Source: Clostridia bacterium (lineage in GTDB: Bacteria; Bacillota; Clostridia; Oscillospirales; CAG-272). From it: a stretch of 64,000 nt of DNA. Below the pieces are notes generated by a model that was given only the letters and a program-made list of their open reading frames with translations, had not been told where the DNA came from and made no database searches. Made by a program: the position numbers and the translations under genes. Below are positions 19,501 to 28,564 of this stretch, one piece after another (the first letter of the stretch is position 1; each line of letters opens with the position of its first letter). The stretch covers positions 7,821 to 71,820 of the forward strand of contig JAFVXI010000030.1 of assembly GCA_017501245.1 (NCBI GenBank). The letters run 5' to 3'.

Positions 19501-22500
19501 CTCGTTAACGGGAATAGTGCAGCTTGCGTCCTTCTCTCCGTATTCGGAGCGGCATTCTCTCGTAGCGCCGCAAATCATGCAGAACTGCTGGCCGCCCTTG
19601 CCCTCCTCATACTTGCCTTCCTCGTCGTAGCTCTCGGAGACCCACTGACAGCCGGGCTCGCCGTTCACGGAGGTGACGGTGCCGCAAATACGGCAAACGC
19701 CCTTCTCTCCCCATCCGGGGCAAAGACCGTACTCAGCGAAGTTGAACTCGACCCACTCGGTGGAGTGTCCGGAGGACTCGTAAGAATAGCTGTTGCCGCA
19801 GGCGGAGCAGGTCGCAACCACGGTATAACCGTCATCGCAGCTATCTCCGTTGAGCGTGTACTCGTATACGTAGTTATGGCTGCTGTTGTGGCTGCTCTCG
19901 CTGCTCTCGGCTATAAGGGTGTCGCCGATGTAAACGTAGTAGAAGGTATATATAGTGCTTACGCAGGGGCTCACCGACTCAGCGTACATATCGCCGACGA
20001 TGCGCAGACCGCACTTGGGGCAGTAAAGCTCCTGGTACATATGAGGTCTGCCGAATTCGTCAACGAACTGATCCATCTTAGGCTCGAAGGGACAAACCTG
20101 AGTGACGTCGTTGAAGGAGGTGATCTTGCCGCATCTCGTGCAGGCTCTGACGTAGATCTCGGAGCCGCAGGTCATGTCGGCTATGCCGAGGGTGGTCTCG
20201 GCGGTGCTGTGGTTCTCGTTCCTCATCTCGCCGCCGGCTTCGAAGACGGTCTCGCCGTCCTCGGTGTAGAACCTGTAGTCAACGCTCATAACCTGTACAC
20301 AGGGCGAGGGCTGAGACATGATCATATAAGCCTCAACGAGGATGCCGCAGTCACGGCACTTGCCGAACATATGCTGATAGGGCATACCCTCGGGGGTCAT
20401 GCCGGTCTCACCGGAGATGGTCTCGATGTCGCAAAGAATAGCGGAGGTCATCGGGTCAAAGGTCTTGACGAGTCCGCATTCGCAGGACATATAAGGAAGC
20501 TTGGATGCGCAGTAGCCGAGCTCGCCGAAGTCAAATACGAGATTGAGGGTAGGCTCGTGCGTGCAGGAGAGATCCTTGCCGCAGTCGGCGCAAGTGTTTC
20601 CAACCTTGTTATGCTCGATCCTCGTCTGCTCATCCTTGAAGGAGCAAAGAAGCTTACCGCCTACGTAGTAGCTCTCGGTGACAGTCGTGGTAAATGCGCA
20701 GTTTTCGTCCTTCTCACTGACAGAGACGGTGACGGTCCTTTCAGCGCCGCATACCGAGCAGACGTATCTTTCGGCGTCCTCACCCTCGACAAGAACCCAG
20801 TCGCAGGTGGTCTTGATATCGGTGTAGACCTTCTCGTCGCAGAATGCGCAGCCCTCGTAGCGCACCTGTCCTGCGCACATTCCAAGGCTCTCGAGATCGG
20901 TGTATCCGCTGCCAAGATAGTGGCCGAGGATGGTGATGGTGGTAGTGAAGTCGCAATTCACACAGCGGGTAACCATAGAGTGGCCGTCCTCGCACTTGTC
21001 GCCAAGGCTGACAAGCTCCTCGGTCAGCTCGTGCTCGGAGCTGCTCACATCCGTGGTAACGGTGAAGAGCTCGTTGCCGTCTATGCTTACGGTAACGGTA
21101 GACGCCTTGATCACAAGGCAGAGCTCGCTGTAGACGAAGCTTTCTTCCTTAATGGTAAGGCCGCACTTCTCACAGCTCTTTACGGTAACGGTATAGGGAT
21201 TGCCGTTGTCGTCGAGATACTCCTCGGTGACGACGTTGAAATCACACTTGGTTCTTACGTCATCAAGAGAGAGGATCTCGCCGCATTCCGTACAAGCGGT
21301 AACATAGATATCGCCGCCGCAGATCTTGCCCTTAAGTCCGTATGCGCCGCTGATGACGTTGCTGTGGTTGTCGGAGCTTCCCATGGGGGTCTCGTTGAAG
21401 GTGGCGATAGCCTCGCCGTCCCTACCGATAATAGAAAGGCAGCCAAAGATGGGAGTGCTGCAGTCGGCGTATACCGACGAGCCCTCGTAGGTGGTCTCGA
21501 TGGAAAGTCCGCACTTATCGCAGTGGCTCTTCGTCGAGGAGATGGCGGTGATAGGGTTCATATGCTCGTCGATGACGATCTCTGCGCTCGACTTGACTAA
21601 AGTGAAGTCGCAATTGACCGTGCTTTCCTCAAGGTTGAGCTGCTTATTCTCGCCGCACTTGCAGGACCAGTAAACGAGCATACCGTCGCAGTAGCCGAGC
21701 TCGCCGAGGTCGATAGCGTTCATCACTTCGGGGATGTGGTTGCAGGGTGCGTTTGCGGTGTTGCCGCAGTCGATGCAGACGCCGTCAACGTAGTAGTGAT
21801 CGCCGGTAGGAGCGGTCTTTTCTACCATAACGTAGCCGCATACGCAGGTGTAAGCGATCTCGCCCTCGCTTGCGCAGGTCGGACGCTTGAGGATGGAAGA
21901 GCCCTCGAAGATATGCTCCTCCTCGGTTGCCTTGCCGCCACAGCCCGAGCATTCAAGCCAGTGGCCGTGCTTGTTGAACTTATATCCGTTATCAAACTTA
22001 TGCTCAAGGAGCTTTCCGTTTTCGCTGATAGCGGAGGAATAGGTGATGCCGTTGTAGACGAGCTTAGCGGTGTACTCGGTCTTGCCCTCTTTCGTACAGG
22101 TCGCAACGTGCTCGCGCACGGATGCCACGACGGTCTCTACTATTCTCTCGCCGCAGCCGTTCTCACAGGTGAGGATGACGGTAGCGGAGAGCTTATCCTC
22201 AGCGAAGCTCCACTCGTCGGAGAAGACGTGGGAGAGAGGATCGGTGAAGCCGTCCTTGTAGCTGTATCCGCAAAGGACGCATTCGTGGAGTCTGTATCCG
22301 CCGGCGGCACAGGTGGGCTCTACCGTCGAATGCTCGTAGGAGTGGTTAAGTCTGGGGGTAGTAACCGTGATCTTAGAGCCGCACTCGCCGCAGACGCTGG
22401 TGACGGAGCCGACCGCCTCACAGGTAGCGTCGATGCTCTCGGTGATCTCGTAGTTATGTCCGAAGGCCGAAATTCTCTCGTAGTGGGAGTAGCCGCAGCC

Positions 22501-25500
22501 TCTCGTACACTCAACGAAGGAGTGGCCGTCCTCGGTGCAGCTTGCGGGAGTGGTAGTCGCAGAGAGGGAATGGCCGTAAGCCTTAACGACGTCGTTCTTC
22601 TCGTAGTAAGCGCATCTCGAGCAGCGATGAAGGGTATAGCCGTCGGTCGTGCAGGTCGCCTCTACGGTCTTGTCGAGCCAGATATGTCCGTAAAGCGCAC
22701 AGCGCTCAGCGGGAGTAAGGCTCGTGACGGTGTAGTAGGAGAAGTGATTGGTCCTGAAGGTGACGTAGCCGCCCGCATAGGTCGCCTCGATGGAAACGGG
22801 AGTTCCGTCCGAAACGTACCAGATAGCGATGGAGTCAACGTCCTCGCCCTCAGCGGGAGTGTAGGGGATAGTTACGGTGACGTAGTTGTCGCCGAAGTCG
22901 GTGATGGCGTTGCCACCCTCGGTGATGGTAAAGTTGTAGATCGGGCTGTCGCCGAGCTGAGCCTTCTGCTCCTCGGTGAGGAGCTTCAGAGCCTTCTCGA
23001 GGTCCTCGCCCTCAAGCGTGCCTGCAGAGACGGTGACGTCCTTGTTGGCGATGGCGCCGCCCTCACCTGCGATCTCGCCGAGGTTAAGGCTTGCGTCCTT
23101 GAGTGCAACCTCTCCGGATGCGGAAAGGTCGGAGGAGCCGAGCGATGCGGAGGTGTCGGCAGAGGCGTCGATGACCTCCTTGGTTGCGCCGCATTCGTCA
23201 TGCTGACAGGTGTAGGTCCTGACGTTTCCGACGAGGACGCCCTCGTCCCACTTATGGTTGTCGTTTTTGGGGATGGTGGTTCTTGAGCCGTACTCGCAGA
23301 GCTGGCAGTCGTAGCGCTTGGAGCCCTCGGACGAGCAGGTCGCCTCGATCTCGATGGTTGCGATCTCGGTGTGTCTTGTAATGGTCTGACCGTCTACGAG
23401 CTCGCCGCAGACGTTACACTTGAACTTCTGAATGAACGTACAGGTTCCGATAGCCTCCTCGATGGCCTCAACGCCCTTGATATCGTGGCCGAGGGCAGGT
23501 GCGGTCTCGTTCATATAGGAGCCGCCGCATCTCTCGCAGGCGTAGGTCTCGCTTGCGGGTGCGGAGCAGGTTGCGTCCTCGGACTTAATGAGGACGTAGC
23601 TATGGCCGAGCTTTTCCTCGCTCTCGCCGCATCTCTCGCAAGTGTGGCCACTCTCACAGGTCAGATCCCCGTCCCAGCTGTGGCCGAGGGGGTCGGTCTC
23701 GTCAGCGGTGTAGGTCTCGCCGCAGACCGAGCAGCCGTAGGTGGTGTAGCCGCCCTCGGTGCAGGAGGGCTCGGTGATCTCGGTGTACTGGCTGTGTCCG
23801 ATGGGAGCGATAGCCTCGGTCATCTCGCCGCCGCACTTCGAGCAGGAATAGGTGAGAACACCCGCCTCGGTGCAGCCGGGCTGCTTCGTGATGATGCCAT
23901 CAGACCATGCGTGGCCGGGCTCCTCGCCGTAGTCGCCGCCGCAGACCGAGCAGATAGCCCTGTCGGTGCAGGTGGTCTCGCCGCCTGAGCAGCTCTCGCT
24001 CTCGGTGTGGTTGCGCTCTGTGTCGTTGATGCAGTATCTGACGTGGATTCCGTCCTGCGACTGCCATTCGGTCCATACGTGGCCGAGCAGAGTTCCCTCT
24101 GCCTCAAAGCTCTCGTCGCTTCTGTCGCCACAGTTAGCGCAGGAGTAGTAGTAATATGCGTTAGTCTCGCAGGTCGCCGCCGAAGCAAGATATTTTGCAT
24201 CGGTGCTCATACTGTCGAAGCTGTGCTTCAGGGTCTGTCCGTAGGTGCTTCCGCAAACCTCGCAAACTGCCTTATCTGCGCAGGTTGCCTCGCCGCCCAC
24301 GTGGCCGAGAGCCTCGCCCTCGGTGTAGTCACATTTTGCGCAGCGGACGGGCTCGGTGCAGTTTGCCTCGAGCAGCTCGTGGCCGAGCGCCTCGGTCTCC
24401 TCAGCGGTATAGCTGTCGCCGCAGACGGAGCAGACGTAGGTGGTGTAGCCGCCCTTATCGCAGGTGGGCTCGGTAACGACAGCCTCGTAATTATGTCCTG
24501 CCGCCTCGGTCTCCTCAGCGATATAGCTGTCGCCGCAGGCGGAGCAGACGTAGGTGGTGTAGCCGCCCTTATCGCAGGTGGGCTCGGTAACGACAGCCTC
24601 GTACTTATGTCCTGCCGCCTCACCCTCGGTAGCGCCGCACTTCTCGCAGGTCATAGGCTCGGTGCAGGTCGCATCCTTCCAGCTATGATCGAGCAAGCTG
24701 CCGTACTTAGCGCCGCAGGCCTCGCAGACTGCCTGCTCTGTGCAGGACGCCTCGCCGCCGTAGCAAACGCCGCTCTCGGTGTGGGAGTTATTTCTTACGC
24801 AATATCTGATGTGCTTTCCGTCGCCGATGGGCTGCCATTCGCCAAACTTACAGCCGACGGGGTCGGTCTCATCGGAGGTGAAGGAATGTGCGCACACAGC
24901 GCAGGTGTAGGTGGTATATCCGCCCTCGAAGCAGGAGGGCTCGGTAACGATCGCCTCGTAGTCATGGTCTGCAAGCTCGCCGTACTTAGCGCCGCAAGCC
25001 TCGCAGACTGCCTGCTCGGTGCAGGATGCCTCGCCGCCGGCGCAGGGTGCGGTCTCGTTATGAGAGGCGTCTCTCTCGCAGTATCTTACGTGCTGGTCGC
25101 CGCCGATGGGCTGCCACTTGCCAAACTCACAGCCGAGTGCATCGGTCTCATCGGCAGTGTAGCTGTCGCCACAAACGGAACAGGTATAAGTGGTGTAGCC
25201 ACCCTCGAAGCAGGTGGGATCGGTAACGACAGCCTCGTAGCTATGTCCCTTAGGCGGTGTGTAAACGACGCCACAGACCTCGCAGGCAGCGCCGACCTTA
25301 CAGGTTGCCTCGCCGCCGGAGTGACCGAGCGCAGCTACCTCGTCAGCGGTGTAGCTGTCGGAGCAGACGGAGCAGGTATAGGTGGTATAGCCACCCTCAG
25401 TACAGGTAGGCTTGGTTACGACAGCCTCGTAGCTGTGTCCTGCCGCCTCGGTCGCATCAGCAGTGTAGCTGTCGGAGCAGACGGAACAGGTATAGGTGGT

Positions 25501-26949
25501 ATAGCCACCCTCAGTACAGGTAGGCTTAGTTACGACAGCCTCGTAGCTGTGTCCTGCCGCTTCGGTCGCATCAGCAGTGTAGCTGTCGGAGCAGACGGAA
25601 CAGGTATAGGTGGTATAGCCGCCCTCTGTGCAGGTGGGCTTGGTTACGACGGCACCGTACTCATGATCTGCAACCTCACCGTAAGCAGTGCCGCAGTCAG
25701 TGCAGACGGCAGGCTTCGTGCATGTCGCCTTACCGCCCGAGCAGGGCTTGGTTTCGGTGTGGCTGTTGTTTCTGATACAGTATCTGATGTGGTTGCCGTC
25801 ACCGAGCGACTGCCATTCGCCATATTCACAGCCGAGAGCCGCAACCTCGTCGCCCTTATAGCTGTCGCCACAAACGGAGCAGACGTAGGTGGTGTAGCCG
25901 CCCTCGGTACAGGTAGGCTTGGTAACCGTCGACTTGTAGCTGTGTCCTGCCGCCTCGGTCTCCTCGGCGGTGTAGCTGTCGCCGCAGGCGGAGCAAACGT
26001 AGGTGGTGTAGCCGCCCTTATCGCAGGTAGGCTTGGTAACCGTCGCCACGTATGCGTGCTTGAGGGGCTCGCCCTCGGTAGCGCCGCAAACTGTACAGGT
26101 CTTGGGTGCGGAGCAGGTAGCGTCAGCGAAGCTATGCTTCAAGAGCTCGCCGTACTTGCCGCCGCAAACGATACAGGATCCCTGCTCGGTGCAGCTGGGT
26201 GTGCCGCCAAGGCAGAAGGATGCCTGAGTGTGAGAGGGATCGTTTTTGCAGACCCTTGAGTGAGTGCCGTCGCCGACGGGCGTCCAGTCACCCCACTCGC
26301 ATTCAAGCTTGTTGCCCTCGGTCTCGCCGCAGACCGTGCAGGTCTTGGGTGCGGAGCAGGTAGCGTCAGCGAAGCTATGCCCGCCGAGCTCGCCGTAGGG
26401 CTCGCCGCAAAGCGAGCAAACAGCCTTATCTTTACAGTTAGCGGTGCCGCCGGTGTGCTTAAGGGGCTCACCCTCGGTCTCGCCGCAGACCGTACAGGTC
26501 TTGGGGGTGGTGCAGGTAGCGTCAGCGAAGCTATGCTCGCCGAGCTCGCCGTAGGGCTCGCCGCAAAGCGAGCAAACAGCCTTATCCTTGCAGTTTGCGG
26601 TTCCGCCGGTGTGCTTAAGGGGCTCACCCTCGGTCTCGCCGCAGTCCTTACAGGTCTTGGGAGTGGTGCAGGTAGCGTCGGCAAACGAATGTGCCGAATA
26701 GTCGCCGTACTCCTCTCCACATCTGTCACAAACGGCCTTCTCGGAGCAACTTGCCTTGCCGCCCACGTGTCCGAGAGCCTCGCCCTCGGTCTTGCCGCAG
26801 ATCTCACAGTGCTTAGGCTCGGTGCAGGTTGCATCGGCCCACTCATGCTCACAGCCAAGCAGGCCCGCAAGCACGTCGCAGCCCGTCAAGCTACATAAAG
26901 CAGCAAGGATTACGAGCAGCACGAGAAGAAGTGTCAATGATCTCTTCAT
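16585..26949 (-). CDS. Giant (3454 aa) Cys/His-repeat surface lipoprotein with central HFS-motif domain
   Basis: GGAGG RBS, signal peptide with LTGC lipobox, dozens of H...PTC..G.....CxxCG repeats, FRTNHFS at 22738-22746, host-like codon usage. Confidence 0.85.
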   Translation of the reverse strand: MKRSLTLLLVLLVILAALCSLTGCDVLAGLLGCEHEWADATCTEPKHCEICGKTEGEALGHVGGKASCSEKAVCDRCGEEYGDYSAHSFADATCTTPKTCKDCGETEGEPLKHTGGTANCKDKAVCSLCGEPYGELGEHSFADATCTTPKTCTVCGETEGEPLKHTGGTANCKDKAVCSLCGEPYGELGGHSFADATCSAPKTCTVCGETEGNKLECEWGDWTPVGDGTHSRVCKNDPSHTQASFCLGGTPSCTEQGSCIVCGGKYGELLKHSFADATCSAPKTCTVCGATEGEPLKHAYVATVTKPTCDKGGYTTYVCSACGDSYTAEETEAAGHSYKSTVTKPTCTEGGYTTYVCSVCGDSYKGDEVAALGCEYGEWQSLGDGNHIRYCIRNNSHTETKPCSGGKATCTKPAVCTDCGTAYGEVADHEYGAVVTKPTCTEGGYTTYTCSVCSDSYTADATEAAGHSYEAVVTKPTCTEGGYTTYTCSVCSDSYTADATEAAGHSYEAVVTKPTCTEGGYTTYTCSVCSDSYTADEVAALGHSGGEATCKVGAACEVCGVVYTPPKGHSYEAVVTDPTCFEGGYTTYTCSVCGDSYTADETDALGCEFGKWQPIGGDQHVRYCERDASHNETAPCAGGEASCTEQAVCEACGAKYGELADHDYEAIVTEPSCFEGGYTTYTCAVCAHSFTSDETDPVGCKFGEWQPIGDGKHIRYCVRNNSHTESGVCYGGEASCTEQAVCEACGAKYGSLLDHSWKDATCTEPMTCEKCGATEGEAAGHKYEAVVTEPTCDKGGYTTYVCSACGDSYIAEETEAAGHNYEAVVTEPTCDKGGYTTYVCSVCGDSYTAEETEALGHELLEANCTEPVRCAKCDYTEGEALGHVGGEATCADKAVCEVCGSTYGQTLKHSFDSMSTDAKYLASAATCETNAYYYYSCANCGDRSDESFEAEGTLLGHVWTEWQSQDGIHVRYCINDTERNHTESESCSGGETTCTDRAICSVCGGDYGEEPGHAWSDGIITKQPGCTEAGVLTYSCSKCGGEMTEAIAPIGHSQYTEITEPSCTEGGYTTYGCSVCGETYTADETDPLGHSWDGDLTCESGHTCERCGESEEKLGHSYVLIKSEDATCSAPASETYACERCGGSYMNETAPALGHDIKGVEAIEEAIGTCTFIQKFKCNVCGELVDGQTITRHTEIATIEIEATCSSEGSKRYDCQLCEYGSRTTIPKNDNHKWDEGVLVGNVRTYTCQHDECGATKEVIDASADTSASLGSSDLSASGEVALKDASLNLGEIAGEGGAIANKDVTVSAGTLEGEDLEKALKLLTEEQKAQLGDSPIYNFTITEGGNAITDFGDNYVTVTIPYTPAEGEDVDSIAIWYVSDGTPVSIEATYAGGYVTFRTNHFSYYTVTSLTPAERCALYGHIWLDKTVEATCTTDGYTLHRCSRCAYYEKNDVVKAYGHSLSATTTPASCTEDGHSFVECTRGCGYSHYERISAFGHNYEITESIDATCEAVGSVTSVCGECGSKITVTTPRLNHSYEHSTVEPTCAAGGYRLHECVLCGYSYKDGFTDPLSHVFSDEWSFAEDKLSATVILTCENGCGERIVETVVASVREHVATCTKEGKTEYTAKLVYNGITYSSAISENGKLLEHKFDNGYKFNKHGHWLECSGCGGKATEEEHIFEGSSILKRPTCASEGEIAYTCVCGYVMVEKTAPTGDHYYVDGVCIDCGNTANAPCNHIPEVMNAIDLGELGYCDGMLVYWSCKCGENKQLNLEESTVNCDFTLVKSSAEIVIDEHMNPITAISSTKSHCDKCGLSIETTYEGSSVYADCSTPIFGCLSIIGRDGEAIATFNETPMGSSDNHSNVISGAYGLKGKICGGDIYVTACTECGEILSLDDVRTKCDFNVVTEEYLDDNGNPYTVTVKSCEKCGLTIKEESFVYSELCLVIKASTVTVSIDGNELFTVTTDVSSSEHELTEELVSLGDKCEDGHSMVTRCVNCDFTTTITILGHYLGSGYTDLESLGMCAGQVRYEGCAFCDEKVYTDIKTTCDWVLVEGEDAERYVCSVCGAERTVTVSVSEKDENCAFTTTVTESYYVGGKLLCSFKDEQTRIEHNKVGNTCADCGKDLSCTHEPTLNLVFDFGELGYCASKLPYMSCECGLVKTFDPMTSAILCDIETISGETGMTPEGMPYQHMFGKCRDCGILVEAYMIMSQPSPCVQVMSVDYRFYTEDGETVFEAGGEMRNENHSTAETTLGIADMTCGSEIYVRACTRCGKITSFNDVTQVCPFEPKMDQFVDEFGRPHMYQELYCPKCGLRIVGDMYAESVSPCVSTIYTFYYVYIGDTLIAESSESSHNSSHNYVYEYTLNGDSCDDGYTVVATCSACGNSYSYESSGHSTEWVEFNFAEYGLCPGWGEKGVCRICGTVTSVNGEPGCQWVSESYDEEGKYEEGKGGQQFCMICGATRECRSEYGEKDASCTIPVNEIRRYYRDGELLLDVSWSYHLTDHSFEYTYELYGESCTDGYTEHRYCPDCGESSSHESYGHNTVLRKTIRLADYGTCSGGYIYLYSCACGENGWRSLEGIYSGCDLEEWHEVNHDEYGIQHDLHYYHCRGCGLYIEFDDVRSYYGCKVETDTVINVRVGDVSVVENLEWTNGSHYEHDFDVTYKLLGDSCDDGFIISRTCRNCDHSEEETLYGHHTFREEIDLTSYGACGGWVNHEFCPCGANSHYNVNICGNARHSSNTYVEDGVIYMVEAYSCECGFRYQTTRYLNRIDGCTRYYNNDYYVSVGGELICEDSYENSELAHDYDVSYYLHDPDAGCESGINIYYSCSVCGECYEEQIYWHNLVIKTEYDLEKYGSVCGGKLVVAFCPCGRSYNCNVYDARCEFDEQGEVWWIDDAINASQEHADGYHGYWSYFYKSVCAVTDPEKCGFAYRHATYWVYEGNCTVVRYMTLQLGYNEADGSCIEEITFELERDVYHKEMEHTSESDGNGRYHWRETCTLCDSYVESEQYYNELGGWVYTQTWYNALDNGRAVKRTTTRTDLNEVINAHLQDPISQERTEILHADGSVTYTELNYTYELIDAPVGVDGYRMTVTQTGSEGFISREIYERSFYHHGNNVRMLDLSEYYEDAYGNWHKYTYLYEDGCICRYDVLHEYSDGESYLNENNEYHDTSWTTIVPPTCTQWGVEGLACYFCDTEFDNQPVSPLGHSWIMLPNGLYFCQRCALQNVNGADGSIVMEDLTDKLGGGENYVIGYFMDTYASFTPMVSIILHTPLEDGTDQLVLFIEESAFTYYDGSFVGLSIPIAIVEEAAREIGFEPDQYDARISFVPDGADSSFDYAITFGDLPGSEAIAGAGITSDEFIVEYLPEGASFTVMLTPETASMWEIYVNSANYNQIEITVTDENGNDLFYGSNCSFSLELEAGMTYYLTLTAFKDYGYGGDYAIIMIDHLFDR
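25340..25660 (-). repeat. Intragenic tandem repeat, about 3 x 114 bp (38 aa)
   Basis: GGTGGTATAG recurs at 25381, 25495, 25609; encodes HSYEAVVTKPTCTEGGYTTYTCSVCSDSYTADATEAAG. Confidence 0.9.
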
Positions 26950-27209
26950 ACGAAAGAAACCTCCTAAAATAATATAAATAAGGATGACACAACTTTACTC
27001 CTCCACCGCCGAAAAGTCAATCGAAAAAACCGAAAAAACTAAAAGAAAATCCCAAACCGCAGAAATAATCACCAAAAGCCAAAACCACCCTTTGTATATA
27101 TCTCACATAATGCAAAATATCTAAAAGAAATACTTTTAAATTAGTAAAATTGCTAAAAACCCAGCCTTTTCCGGTGTCATCCGCCCTTAAAAACGCTGCT
27201 CTTACGTCG

Positions 27210-27403
27210 GCTGATCCGCCCACCATCTGCGCTTCGCCTCTTGCCGATCCGCCCCCATCTGCGCTTCGCCTCTTGCCGATCCGCCCCCATCTGCGCTTCG
27301 CCTCTTACTGATCCGCCCCCATCTGTGCTTCTCCTCTTGCTGATCCGCCCCATCTGCGCTTCGCCTCTTGCTGATCCGCCCCACCTGCGCTTCGCCTCTT
27401 GCT
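27210..27403. repeat. Tandem repeat, 6 x 31-33 bp
   Basis: Unit GCYGATCCGCCCC(C)ATCTGCGCTTCGCCTCTT starts at 27210, 27243, 27275, 27307, 27339, 27370. Confidence 0.95.
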
Positions 27404-27549
27404 TAGCGATCGTCGGCAGAGGTATGCATCGGATTTTTGATGCGTATGACCTGCGGCGGATCTCGGGCGCTGTGCCAAAGCGCTAAGCGAGCAGAGAGGC
27501 TCTTCTGCCGTCGTTGAGTGTTCCCCCGTCTTTCGCTTCGCCCGCAGGC

Positions 27550-28431
27550 TTAGATTATATCCGAAAGCCCGAGGAGCATCTCCTCGATCACGCCTGCGCT
27601 CGCCGCCTCCACCTCCGCCATCGGCAGGCGCATCTCTTCCTTACATAGTCCCACGTATGCGAGTGCGTGCTTTATGGGTGCGGGGTTCGTCTCGATAAAC
27701 ATAGCGTCGATAAGAGGCGTTATCCTCCTCATCATCTCCTCTGCCTCCCCGAGCCTGCCAGAGGCGCAAAGCTCGGTCATCCTTGTCATATATGCAGGGC
27801 AGAGGTTTGAGATGACGGAGATCGTGCCGTCGCCACCCATTTTCAGCACCTCGACGCTCTCTTGGTCGCACCCCGTGTAAAGTTTTAGGCCGTTTATCCT
27901 CTTTAACTGCCTGAGGCGCTCGGGGTCTTGTGCTGCCTCCTTGATCCCGACGATATTTTCTATCTCTGCGAGCCTTCTCACCGTCGCAATAGGCATATTT
28001 ACCCCCGTTCTTGACGGCACATTGTAAAGTATTATTGGCAAATCCGTGCTATTTGCTATAGTTTTATAGTGCTGATAGACACCTTCCACCGTTCCTTTGT
28101 TGTAATACGGCGTAACGATAAGAACGCCGTCGCAGCCTATCCTCTCGGCCTCCCTCGTGCGCTCTGTCGCCTCCCTCGTCGAGTTTGAGCCCGTGCCGAG
28201 TATGAGCTTGGTGCGCCCGCCTATAATATCCCCGGCACGCTTGTATAGCTCGCCCCTCTCGCTTCTATGTAGCGTCGCCGCCTCGCCCGTCGTTCCTCCT
28301 ATAACTATCGCCCCTACCTTCGCCTCGATCTGCCGCTCTATCAGCCTCTCAAGCGCCACGTAGTCGATCTCTCCGTCCGAAAACGGCGTAACCAGCGCAG
28401 TTCCAACACCGTAAAACAGCTCTCCCTTCAT
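27550..28431 (-). CDS. dapA: 4-hydroxy-tetrahydrodipicolinate synthase
   Basis: TALVTPF, GTTGE, VTPYYNK, LYNVPSRTG, GIKEA, ETNPAPIK. Confidence 0.95.
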   Translation of the reverse strand: MKGELFYGVGTALVTPFSDGEIDYVALERLIERQIEAKVGAIVIGGTTGEAATLHRSERGELYKRAGDIIGGRTKLILGTGSNSTREATERTREAERIGCDGVLIVTPYYNKGTVEGVYQHYKTIANSTDLPIILYNVPSRTGVNMPIATVRRLAEIENIVGIKEAAQDPERLRQLKRINGLKLYTGCDQESVEVLKMGGDGTISVISNLCPAYMTRMTELCASGRLGEAEEMMRRITPLIDAMFIETNPAPIKHALAYVGLCKEEMRLPMAEVEAASAGVIEEMLLGLSDII

Positions 28432-28564
28432 AATCAACCCTCCTTTTGTGATTGCTACTTGCAAAAATATTTAAAGTATAGTATAATAGATTAGTTAAAC
28501 TGCCCTCACCCCTATGCTATGCTCCGGGGTGCCGTGCCGTTAATCGATAAATGAGGCAAAAATA

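Noticed and set aside
17440-26259. Long plus-strand ORFs (1386, 516, 750 aa) antisense to the giant gene; likewise 36251-38305, 53604-56048, 13248-14483, 4817-5992
   Set aside because: Shadow frames expected from the biased codon usage of the real genes; Val/Ala/Gly-rich with no motifs or RBS
16585-26949. Multiheme cytochrome interpretation
   Set aside because: Motifs are mostly CxxCG/S/D rather than CxxCH; His lies far from the CxxC
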